Origin: Negaprion brevirostris
Lineage: Eukaryota
NCBI GenBank assembly: GCA_030324005.1
Contig: JARDVH010000124.1
Coordinates: forward strand, 41,546,744 to 41,610,743
Direction: 5' to 3'
Length of the DNA stretch: 64,000 nt
Notes under the pieces: generated by a model
What the model saw: the letters and a program-made list of their open reading frames with translations, nothing else
What the model was told of the DNA's origin: nothing
The model's database searches: none
Shown: positions 11,934-23,226 of the stretch, piece by piece
Layout of the letters: every line of letters starts with the position of its first letter
Numbering within the stretch: the stretch's first letter is position 1
Position numbers and translations under genes: made by a program

Positions 11934-13029
11934 CTGCAAATAGAATACAGAACTTTCAGATCTTATTAACATTAAATACAGAAAAATATAATGAATACAA
12001 TTCCTTTCTCATGGTAACATTCTTCCACCCACGCTGAAACTGGCTGATGTTGCCCTCTCCAATGGCTGGCTGATGCCTCAGACCATGACCAGTTATTTAT
12101 TTTTCTTTTCCTCAGCAACCTCACTCTTCACTTCCCACGAGCAGTCATTGGCACATCCAGATTAGTTGCAAGAATTTCAGAGATACAGTACACTGAACTG
12201 CATACCCTCCTGTGTCCTGTCTTCCAATCCTCCTCCTCTACCCTATCCCTCTTTTCCCTCACCTCCCTGTGCGACCTGAAAAATAAGTCAAATTGATCTG
12301 AATTATGTACTAATGAAGCTGAAGGAAGTTGGCAAGTAATTTGCTGTAAATGTTAAAACATTCAGCCAAAGTGTTAGATTCATGGAAACTGAAGTTTGCA
12401 AGGCTTAACTTAAACAACAGTCAATTATGATTACTAAATCATTTGGAAAGTGAGCAGTAAAGACAGGGTGGCTGAGAGAAAAATGCTGCCAAAGTCTTGA
12501 AGGGCCAAATGATCTGTTTCGATGTCGCAATATCCCACAATTGATATTTTGATTGTGCTTTTGATTTAGATACATTTCTTAAATGGGCATTCCCATATTG
12601 CTAATCCACTGAATTCTCTCTTTGACCGTGATTTAACTGCTACATAAATGTTTGCCATTTTATGATGTTATTGGGAGTGCACACTTCCCAAATTAAGAAA
12701 ACAAAAATCACACAATACACTTCCTTCAAAACTCCAAAGAATTGTAAATAATTGAAATAGTCTGAAATCAGACTGGCATTGCAGGATGTATCCCTCTCTT
12801 TCCTTTCCCAAGGGATAGGAATATGCAATTACAAGTCTTCCTTCACGGTATTATTCACATCTTAACAGGGAATAATGCTGTTGGCTACATTACAGAATCA
12901 ATGGCTTTTTCGGTGATTTTATAAAGGGGGTTTCAATGATTAATCTTTAAAAAATGAGCTTATGCGCTGCTTGAACCATTCAAACAAATGGTATAATGCA
13001 AACTAAGTTAATTGTATCTCAGCCATGGC

Positions 13030-13400
13030 ACTCATCTCTGTACAAAAATCCAGACTGATATTCCGGTGTAGTCCTAAGGGAGTGGTGCACCCAAGAGGTG
13101 CAATCTTTTCGACTAAACATTAAACCGAGACCCAGTCAGTTCGCAAAGTCAGAAGTAGAAGTTCCCACGGCACTATTTCAAAGCTCAGGCGTGTTTGTCC
13201 TAACCAATATATATCCCTCAATCTATATCATATAACCAGACTATTTGGGCATTATTACATTGCTGTTTACATGAGATTGCTACGCGCAAACTGGCTGCTA
13301 CATGTCCCACATTACAACAGCGACTCGACTTCAAAAGTAGTTAATTGATTATAAAGCACTTTAAGATGCCCTGAGATTATGACATGCACTGAAGAAATTG
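13030..13400 (+). mobile_element. Old Deu-domain SINE (SacSINE1/AmnSINE1-like)
   Basis: gaggtgcaatcttttcgactaaacattaaaccgag...cccacggcactatttc resembles the Deu core; a related decayed copy lies at 57320-57712. Confidence 0.7.
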
Positions 13401-13816
13401 TAGGGAATTGATACGGAATTGTAATCCTCCTTGATTTCATTAAAAACAACACTTTTTTAAAAACGAAGTCCAACAAATTGAATTCAATCTTAAACTGATG
13501 TGCTTAGTTCTCGTTAAATGCATTTTTTCAGAATCAGTTTAATTTCCATACATTTTAAGTTCTTTCAATGTTAGCATTTAAGTAATTGCCCAACAGTTGA
13601 TTTTCATTGCAAATCCCTACCCATAAGCTATTAAGTACATACAATGAAAGTTGAAGCTATGTTTTTCCACAGTTTGACAGATGTGCGCACATCTGAAACA
13701 CCCTGCATGGTAAGTGAGCAAATTATTTTCAGTCAATTGCTTTATTTCCAATTAGCTTGTAATTATACTGATTTAAGAGTTATTTTGTCATGAAGAGACT
13801 CAGCAAAACTGCAAAC

Positions 13817-13911
13817 CTTTTGAAAAATGAAGAGAGAAGGGAATGTACGGGAGATGTCCAACTTTATCAGTTCAAGACTGGCCTCTCGATCAGCCTGCGA
13901 TGCTCCAGATT
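13817..13911 (-). CDS. TBC1D12: TBC1D12 exon 8 (95 nt): [32 protein letters not shown]
   Basis: IxxDxxRT arginine-finger motif; acceptor tatttctag, donor AAG|gtttgc. Confidence 0.96.
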
Positions 13912-14904
13912 CTAGAAATAAGCAGTAACAAATCATTACTAATTGGAGAGTCATGCTGACATTGAACTTTGTATCTTAACAGACAAAAGAATTATCTGTG
14001 ATGGCATTTTTCAATATGAATTTGGCCAAAAGTGTCTTAGCTGCCTATTTTAATTACATGATCATATACTAAATGTGCACACTTTCCCAGGTCCACTGTG
14101 AATTATTTTTTCACGCTCATGGCAATAATGCCACAAGGAAACATTTACTTAGGTTACAGCTTTATAATTGAGAGGGGAATTTATTTGCTTTGTCAAAACT
14201 CCAGCATCTGCCACATGGAAACCTGTCACCTGCAGAAGATGAAATATTACTAGTAGCAGAACTTTCATTTTCTAGGTTTTTTTTTAAACCTCTTACCCAA
14301 CAGCTCAAACAGAAATACAAATGATAATGATTATTTGCTGTCAGGTGCCAGAGGAAGATGCAGAATCATGACATTGTGGACAAGATGCCCACATACAAGA
14401 CTAAATCAATCAGATAAGCCAGCATATTATGTGCAATCATAAGGGGAACAATGGCTCACCACCCACCGTTCCAAATCCTACAGAAGTATCATTTGCCTTT
14501 AAAACCCAATAAATCCTTTAAACATAATGATTACATTCAATAGGTTAAAACATCAAGACATAGTAGGAACAGAATGTTACATTATGGTACACAAACAAAC
14601 TGTTTAATGAGGAAACAATAACTCAGCTTGATCAAATATAGATGTTAAATATCATTCTTGATCACTACTTAACAATAAAAAGGAAAGGAGTACCAACAGC
14701 TTGAACAGCTTTAGGCACAATACATAATGTGCTGATGGCCAATCCTCTCGTTTTAATTTAATATTTAAAATGTACTTCCAATATATTTATTTTTGAAATA
14801 TAAAAGCATGATGCTGTAGCTGATTTGGTATTGCAGACTGAAAAGCAAGATTAAATGCTGATATCCAGGTTGATCATCCACTCTGTGGTCTCCAGTGTCA
14901 GTGT

Positions 14905-15542
14905 TTTTTTTTAAATTTGTTCGTGGGATCCGAGTCTCGCTGGCTGGGCCCGCATTTATCGTCCACCCTGACGGCACAGTGGTTAGCACTGCTGCCTCAC
15001 ACTGCCAGAGACCCAGGTTCGATTCCTGGCTTGCGTCACTGTCCATGTGGAGTTTGCGTGTTCTCCTCGTTTCTGCGTGGGTTTCCTCCGAACGTTCTGG
15101 TTTACTCCCACAGTCTGAAAGATGTGCGGGTTAGAAGGATTGGCCATACTAAATTAACCCTTAATGTCATGGAGACTACTAAAGTAAATGCATGAGGTAA
15201 CCAGGGTAGGGCCTGGGTGGGATTGTGCTCAGTCTAGACTTGATGGAGCTAATGGCCTCCTTCTGCACTGTAGGATTCTANNNNNNNNNNNNNNNNNNNN
15301 NNNNNNNNNNNNNNNNNNNNNNNNNNNNNNNNNNNNNNNNNNNNNNNNNNNNNNNNNNNNNNNNNNNAGCTGGGTCTTAACAAAAATCGACAATGGTTTC
15401 ATGATCATTAGACTTTTAATCTCAGATTTTTATTGAATTAAATTTCACCATTTACCACAATGAGATTCAAATCCAGGTCCCCCAGAGCATTGCCCTGAGT
15501 CTCTGAATTACTAGTCCAGCAGCAAACCAGTGCACCACTGCC
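14905..15542 (-). mobile_element. L2-tailed tRNA SINE split by a nested V-SINE and an N-gap
   Basis: Tail at 14905-14968 and head at 15368-15542, both collinear with 10274-10632. Confidence 0.75.
14970..15280 (+). mobile_element. Full-length V-SINE (HE1-like), CR1-type tail
   Basis: ggcacagtggttagc (A box), ggttcgattcc (B box), V-domain, tail ggcctccttctgcactgtaggattcta. Confidence 0.9.
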
Positions 15543-16736
15543 AAGAAACTTGTCAGAAAGTATCTTCGCAAACCGTAGTGCCCAAGACATTCCATGTTTT
15601 GGAAAGCTTCACCAGTTACAAGTCACTCATCTTCCCTTTATATAGCACGTGGCTGCAGCATCCATATGAAATTCTGATGCAGTCCAGTGCCTCCTACTTT
15701 ATGAAGCATAGGGGTTAATCAGTGGACTTCACAATCAAATCCTGGTTCTTCACTCATTTCCTATTTCCGCCACTTGACTTTAGCTGAGATTTCTAAGGCT
15801 CTGAGTGCTTCAACTGCTAATCAGAAATTATTAAACTTCAGAAGGCATCTCAGGGACATCATTGATAAACAGATCAGAATTTCCTGGGCCTGGTTACATT
15901 CTCTGATTAATGCTGCTTCTCTTCTAATGGTAAAATATGTGCAAGGACAAGGATCCATACAATCAGAGTTGGCTTCAGCACACATGATGAGGATTCTCCT
16001 AGTTGTATGTCAAAGATTTATGTGTGCATTCCTGCCCATGCTAAACTGAAACATCGGGTTCCATAATTCCCAGTGATAAACCACTTGAAGAAAAAGTGTG
16101 CACTTGAATCATGCAAAGATTTCAGTTAGCATAGAAGTGCTCAAGGTTGACTTACTTTACAAAGATTATGAAAGCTTTTCATCTTAAGCCTTCATTTTAC
16201 CCCTGAATGTTTAGCAAAATATTTTTTAAATATAAAAGGCCCAGTACTGTTGTTGACTTGGCATTGCAGACTGAAAAAAATTCTGTTTTGCTGAACATGA
16301 ATACATCCATATCTGTAGTTTATGCTAAGTGAAATATTAAAACCAAACTATACTAACACTGCAGTTTTAGCCATGTTAGCTTATTGAAAACTCATATTTA
16401 TTCTGTATTAAAGAACTGTATGATGAAAGCTCGAGGAAGAGTCCAACATCTGTATGTAACCATTTTCAATGGATAACAAGTCGACTAAGCTGACTTGCTC
16501 GCTGGAGCACGAATAAGGGAATGACAGCTTCAGATTTCAAAGGCCTAGCAAAGCAGGAAAATAAAATGGCCTGCACTCAAAAGGGCAAACCACAAATGAT
16601 AAATAGGAGCATGGAGGAATAAAGTCAGAAAGACAGACCTGCAATAATGCAAGGAAACAAGGAGGCGACAACACTTTGCTTTTCTGCTTTGACAGTTTAA
16701 GGATTTATCTATGAGGTGCTTCAAAAGTCTATTTAC

Positions 16737-16817
16737 CTTCAGCTTCATTCTCTGATCCAGTCTCACTGAAGTTTTTCCAGCGTTCCTTAGCTCTAGACAG
16801 GAAGATTTCATAAAGCT
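16737..16817 (-). CDS. TBC1D12: TBC1D12 exon 7 (81 nt): [27 protein letters not shown]
   Basis: Acceptor ccatttcatag, donor G|gtaaat. Confidence 0.95.
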
Positions 16818-17702
16818 CTATGAAATGGAAAGACACTATAAACAATTAAGGCAATTATAAAAAAAAGTGTAAATTTCTCCCCTTCTGACTGAGTCAATGT
16901 GATCCTGGACAACTGTTAAAACCATTCTAAAAACACCACTGGGATGTGTCTGACTGCAGTCCAGAAGAGTCCCTTCAGTAAGTCATGGTCCTCCATTTAC
17001 TATCTCCTCAATAATAAAACTAAAATTAGGGTTTAGTCACTTGAGGAAATGTGAGCACAAAAACAGCAATTGTGTTATTTTCTGTTTGCTATTTCAGTTA
17101 AAATTTGATTTATTATTGTCGCATGTATTATTACACAGTGAAAAGGGCTATTGTGAAGGAAATGTTAGATCAGCACCGCCCAGTGCTGTTTGTAAACATG
17201 CTAAAATTAGATCTAGCATAGTTGCAATAATCTGTGGATTGTTATGTGTTGCATAGGTATATCCTGAAAAAACAGCGACCTAACTATATTTACCCCCTTT
17301 TTAATAAACCTTACACATTGTTATCTGCTGACAGTAACATAGCTGACATTGGCACCAGATAATATTTAACAAAGCACTGACATTTCATTCAATAATCACA
17401 AACTATACTAAGTTCAATTAATAAATAATCTCTCCCCTAGAACTTAACCAAGTGGCAGGTTGGATATTCAATCTTGATCCACGTCAACACAGAGAATCTT
17501 GATTGAGGTGACAATAGGAACATTATAGTTGATTTCAATTAGATCATTGTTGTCACGTTCAGTCCACTGACCTGCCAGCTCACATAAGCAGGTTGTTGTA
17601 CTGAAGGATTGTCAGAACATGCATTTGCCACAATGTTTTTGAAGCAGAACATTTTCCTTTCTTTCCCTTAACATAACGTATAGATTCAGGCAGTGCACGT
17701 AC

Positions 17703-17809
17703 CATGAGTAATATTCAGTTCATTACCAACAGCCAAACTCCATACTTTTCCTCGAATGCTTGGCGGAATACCTTGCCACCACAATTCACGCACCTTCCGT
17801 GTATTTCGA
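17703..17809 (-). CDS. TBC1D12: TBC1D12 exon 6 (107 nt): [35 protein letters not shown]
   Basis: TBC domain start motif GIPxxxRxxVW; acceptor acactcag, donor G|gtacgt; preceded by an 81-nt intron. Confidence 0.96.
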
Positions 17810-17890
17810 CTGAGTGTAAGAAACAAAAATGGTATTATAGACATGCATAACGATTACAATTAAAAGGCTTTTCAATAGTGAGCAACTTAC

Positions 17891-18008
17891 ATGGTCTCCC
17901 AGTTAGGAAGAATATCTGTGTTCCAAATTATCATCGCATGAGAGATGCTTTCTTCCTGTCTGAATCGTTCCTTCATAATTTTTTTCCTTCGTTGTGCTTC
18001 TTTTATCT
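17891..18008 (-). CDS. TBC1D12: TBC1D12 exon 5 (118 nt): [39 protein letters not shown]
   Basis: Acceptor tgattcag, donor AT|gtaagt; phase-consistent. Confidence 0.95.
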
Positions 18009-18255
18009 CTGAATCAAATCAAAATTCCCAAAACTTTCTATTACTACTCACAAATGACAGGTCATTTGATTATAAATCGAGATAGATTTGTAACCTTGAG
18101 GGATGTTGAGAGCTCTGACAACTTCATCTTTGACCATCCAAGAGGCTACTGCCAGAAAGACATTACCCCACCGATTTCCCTGCCTTAACCATGGGACGCA
18201 TAATGTGACTTGCACGCTATCCTTCTCAGTTACTGACTTTTCCAGAGTTATCCCA

Positions 18256-19014
18256 TGGCACACTAGTTAGCAATGCTGCCTCACAGTGCCAGGGACTTCA
18301 ATTTGATTCCCGCTTATATCACTGTTTGTGCAGAGTCTGCGTGTACTCCCCATGTCTGCGTGCGTTTTCTCTGGGTGCACCGGTTTCCTCCCGCTGTCCA
18401 AAAGACTGATACTTGTTAGGTGTTTTGACCATACTAAATTCTTCCTCAGTGTACTCGAACAGGCACCAGAGTGTGACGACTAGGGGATTTTCACAGTAAC
18501 TTCATTGCAACGTTAATGCAAGCCTATATAGAAACTAGAAGCCAGGAGTAGGCCACTCAGCCCTTTGAGCCTGCTCCATCATTCATCTTGATTATGGCTG
18601 ATCAAATCCAATATCCTGATTCCCCCCTTCTCCCACATCTGTTTAGCCCCAAGAGCTATACCTAATTTTTTTCTTGAAATCACACAACGCTTTGGCCTCA
18701 ATACATTGTGGTAGTGAATTCACACATTCACCACCCTCTGGGTGAAGAAAATTTCTCCTCTCCTCAGTTCTAAAAGGTTTACCCCTTATTCTCAAACTAT
18801 AACCCCTAGTTCTAGACTTCCCCTCCATCAGGAGCACTTATTCTGAATCTACCCTATCTAACCCCGTTAGAATTTTAAGTTTCCATGAGATCCCCTCTCA
18901 CTCTTCTAAATTCCAGTGAATATAATTCTAACTGACTTAGTCCCTCCTCATATGACAGACCTGCCTTGCCAGGAAGCAGCCTGGTAAACCTTGTGACATT
19001 AATATAAAGTTAAG
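18256..19014 (+). mobile_element. V-SINE, second tail type, interrupted by a CR1 fragment
   Basis: Head and V-domain at 18256-18440; tail ...aacttcattgcaacgttaatgcaagccta (18526) resumes as cttgtgacattaata (18990). Confidence 0.8.
18527..18990 (-). mobile_element. 5'-truncated CR1 LINE 3' end
   Basis: ORF 18643-18837 SRTRGYSLRIRGKPFRTEERRNF is a CR1 ORF2 C-terminus, followed by the 3'UTR. Confidence 0.88.
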
Positions 19015-19451
19015 TCACAATATTACTGCACTTCTCAGATCACATTCCACATCAACCTGTTTAATAAGTCTTGCCCCCCAAAAAAGGAAAGCTCTGCTCA
19101 GTTTTCCTGCCCAAACCCAAGGGAAATTGGAAACTCGGAATGAGATGAGCTAATTCACCGCAGGCCAAGGATTAAATCTGGAAGTTCTGAGTTTAGTGGC
19201 TAAACTCCAGGATATCAACCTATGAACAATCTAATGATATAATTTTGTGATAACATGATTATCTATTCAGTCGCTCTGTACAAAGCCAAAATGAACAAAG
19301 TCCATCATTTTTATTGGCTGTAAATCTTTGCTGATTATAAGTCTAAGATGACAAAACAAATTGTCACAAACATTTTATAAGGGATCAATCCCAGATTATT
19401 TCACATTTCTCATTACATTTTGCTCTGTAATCAAGTAATTAACTGGAGCAC

Positions 19452-19534
19452 CTCGTTTCTTTGCCTCTGCCACCATCTCATCATATTCTTGTCGATGCCT
19501 TTGAGCCTCCTCCGCAGACTTTGCAGGTAGGTGG
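19452..19534 (-). CDS. TBC1D12: TBC1D12 exon 4 (83 nt): [27 protein letters not shown]
   Basis: Acceptor ctctttttgcag, donor GAG|gtgctc (weak but in phase with the next exon). Confidence 0.93.
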
Positions 19535-20964
19535 CTGCAAAAAGAGAGAGAGTCTCTGGTAAAGACAGGAGTATAAATTTTAATGTCAAACACTTGGAAG
19601 AAAAGCTTTCCACATGTAAACACATTAATTTTCTCCATTTGCAGAACAGAAACTGGTTTGGATCAAGACAACAATATCAACCAGAAAATTTGGGCTTGAA
19701 TCTCAAAATACCATGCAGCAGAAAATGATTGTTTTAAAAACTGCAAACGTGAGAAACAAAAATCCTGAAAATGAAATGGTGAGAAGGTAGCTTAATAAAC
19801 AGTAATTGTCATTTTTCAGCAGCCCAATCTCTACCGTTTGTACACTCTCAAAAAGTGACTTCTGAACATAGTACAAGTCTCTTTTCATCCAATTACTTTG
19901 TCTAAACATTAACCCAGAGTAGTAGTTAAATTAATCAGACCGATTAGCATCCATCTTTCAACCTTTAGATTAAAGGTGCTGGTGCTTTCCGTAGTCTTGC
20001 TTGTACACACAATTGGGATGTTTATTTATTTAGATTTAATCTCCGTTTTGCTGATATGGATAAAGTTACCAGATTCCATGAAATAGTCACAAATATTCAT
20101 TGACGTATTTGCCTATGGCACATGAGCCTCCCTATGCTCTTGACTCAAACAGAAAGATGGAGGCTTCTGCACTCTGCCGAGTGGTGAAGTAACATCGGGA
20201 AAACATTTCAGCACTTCCTCCGCATAGAACTGCCTTCATTTGCCATCTGACTGGTCAATCTCACTTGGGCAACAAATACGTAAAATAGGGTAATGCTACA
20301 AAACATTACAATTTTACTTCCATGTTGCTTCATGATAGAGCTGAGGACAAAGCAATAAAAAAACTCTCCCAATCCGGCCACATCCTTGGTCATAGCATCT
20401 GCAAAGGTGTGATAGATCGTTCTGACACCTATTTTTGCACAAGTTTCATTATCTCCCATGAAAAGGGTTTCAATGTTGCTTGCCCAGTACCTAAAGTACA
20501 TAGATATTGTACCTCACCCTGTCAATATGACACACAGCATAACAAGTATGATGCAAGGTGAAAATAAACAATAAGTTATTTTAAGTTACTGTCTCAAACT
20601 CAAGCACTTTTGGAATAGGACTCATTTCCACAACATTTCAGTGCTGCATATTTAAAAATGTACCATATACTTTATCAGGTTCACTCCCTACCTCCCATAT
20701 CTCATCAGTTAGACTGCACATGCCCTACAAATAAACACATCAACTTCTGGTAATACTTGAACCATCAGTTTAATTCACTTTCATCAATTTCCTCCACTTT
20801 TTGGTAACCGTTTAACCAGTTTTGCTGCTCCTCTGAGATAAGCTCAATTTCTTTTGCAGAAGGCACTGTTGGGCTACACATCGATTACAAGACTGGGTCA
20901 GGTTTGATAGTGATATCATTCTGCTTCTTGGTTATGAAGTCAGCCACTGCCAGTTTAAAATAAA

Positions 20965-21245
20965 TGCATTGTTGGGGTTTGAGTGCTGCTGACAAGGCCA
21001 GTGTTTATTGTCCATTCCAAATGCTGGGCTTTCTTGAACTGCTCAAATCTATGGAATAAATATGCTTCCATTGTGCTCCTAGATGGAGTTCCAGGATATT
21101 AATCCAGGAATCATGAAGTAATGACAATACATGTCCAAGTTAGGATGGTGCCTGTCCTGGAGGGGAACTTAAGTTCCAATATGGTGTTCCCCATCTGGCC
21201 TTTGTCCTTCTAGGCTCGGGGGTCAATTTGGAAAGGAGCCTTGAC
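20965..21245 (-). mobile_element. Decayed L2 3' fragment
   Basis: Reverse complement resembles the L2 ends at 37570-37873 and 49280-49560. Confidence 0.6.
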
Positions 21246-21495
21246 CTTTAATTCATTCATGAATTGTTCATTTGACCATTCTATTCATTAATTACTATAC
21301 CCATCATTATCATGATGTGGACCATAGACTACATGGGCAGAACACTGGCACAAATAGTATTGTTCAGATTCCTGCCGGCAGTATTTGGAATCATGTTTCT
21401 CCCTGATAACAATCTGACCATCAGTTTGGCATTAGTATTTTTGGATAGGGTCTTAGAAACTAGAGATGTAGTTTTAATTAAGTTATATTTGTATT

Positions 21496-22465
21496 GTGGG
21501 TGTTAGGAGTAAGCCACAGATTTAAGTTTAATTTATCTTTTCACGTGTGTGTTGAGGGGAACCTAGTTTTTGGTTTCACTTCAGAATGATGCCTGCACGT
21601 GTGTTGTTTCTTTGTGTACCTGGATTTTAATTAGTTTTATGACTTGTGACGAAGAGGGAGCTGTCTCATTATCAGAGGGTCAGTACTTTAGGGAAATTAG
21701 AAAAAATACAAGTAGAAAAAAAAGCATTGTGGCCAAGCAACAGGGACCAAAAAGAAACAGAAAGCAACTTTAGTTCAGCTGGAAACCAGTGCCAGAAAGC
21801 ACTGGGCACAGGAGAGGGAACTACAGAAAGCAGATTTCCCAAAAGTACAGAAGAAAGTCCCAGAAACCAAGGAGCAAGACAAAGCGACAAACCTAGGAAT
21901 GTCAGCGAACGAAAACAGCAATCTGAACACATCCCGTTCAGTGAAGTTAAAGTTGGAAGCAGAGGAAAAGGTTTCAAATTAAAGAGAGCAAGTAGCAGGG
22001 AGCAGAATCAAGATGAAGTGGGCTTGCAAGAGGCCAAAAGATCTGAGGGGATAGCCAAGGAGTTTATGATTCCTTATTATGAGCCTATGAAGCAGTAGTG
22101 TTTTGTTGATATGGCTGAGTATTTGACTCTGTGCGTGGAAGGCAGAGCTTGAACATTTGTGATGATTCAAGGGATGGGAACATCTGAAAGAGTTGAAACC
22201 TTGGAGGTGGATCACTGTTAAAGTTGTTCAAGTGAAAGCAGGGAGTTTGGAAGAAAACCCCAAGGTGAATTCTTCAAGAGTGAAGATTGAAAACTCTTGT
22301 GAAAGATGGAGATCAAAGAGACTGGTTGGCTCAGTGTGACAAAGAGATCCATCGCATCTGCTTTGGACTGCATCTATTTTCAGACCGTAGGGTGTCTTGA
22401 CCATAGGTCGCCTATTTGTTTACATGGACAGTGTACTGCGAATAATTCTAACTGCAAATTAAAGG
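21496..22465 (+). mobile_element. Probable LTR-like repeat (solo LTR fragment)
   Basis: Abrupt compositional shift, TG start, purine-rich non-coding body; no second LTR or TSD confirmed. Confidence 0.35.
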
Positions 22466-23056
22466 GATATTACAACACTCAATGCCTTTCTTTGGAAGAA
22501 AAGATGAGAAGCGTAGATACACAAGTGGGCTCCCTGGCTTTTATTAGGGATACAAGACTAAGAGAGGCCAGCACAAAATCAAACAGAGCCTTAAACAAGA
22601 TGGGACATGAGAAAATTTTCTCTCGTGGACATGTGGAATTAGTGGAAATATGGTTAATGGTGCATCAATTAATTTAAATTGAGTATTTGGATAGGAATAT
22701 GACTGCAAGTTTATAACTTCAAGCTAGTGACAAATAGGCCATGGTTTATCCATTGGCAAGATCACGGGAAAGGTCTTCTGAAGAAAGCAAACTGACGGGG
22801 TTGAATAACAGATATTAATATTCTGGAGAATTCAGCGATCAGAGGAAGAATTTAACTTGTCCAAATTCTGAATCCATCAAGGAAGTTTGATGAGTCAAAT
22901 GGACATTTGTATTCCCATGCTTTATGTTCATTCCCCTAAGATTATGCATCTCACATGATGCCCAAGAAGGGCTGCACTTAAAGTGAACAAGCAGAACATT
23001 TTCCCTATCTATAACACATGCAATATTAGTTGAGAACCTAAGGCTCCAATACCATG

Positions 23057-23226
23057 ATGTGGGTATGCCGGCGTTGGACTGGGGTAAACACAGTAAAAAG
23101 TCTGACACCACCAGGTTTATTTGATAGTAAACTCACAAGCTTTCGGGGTTAGCCCCAAAACCTTGTGAGTTTACTATCAAATAAATCGGTTGGACTAAAA
23201 CCTGGTGTTGTCAGACTTTTTACTGT
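23057..23226. mobile_element. Palindromic non-autonomous Penelope-like insertion with 11-bp TSD
   Basis: Inverted arms 23090-23118/23198-23226 (28/29) and 23116-23139/23162-23185 (24/24); direct repeats CCAATACCATG (23046-23056) and CCAATACCGTG (23227-23237). Confidence 0.75.

Noticed and set aside
14970-15030. tRNA gene
   Set aside because: A/B boxes belong to a V-SINE head; no complete cloverleaf.
20208-20561. Overlapping ORFs with faint resemblance to a Harbinger transposase (GFNVA..PKV..CT)
   Set aside because: Similarity too weak to support by eye and no TIRs found.
21646-22098. 150-aa K/E/S/R-rich ORF
   Set aside because: Lies in a purine-rich LTR-like repeat, has a non-ATG start and no domain signature.
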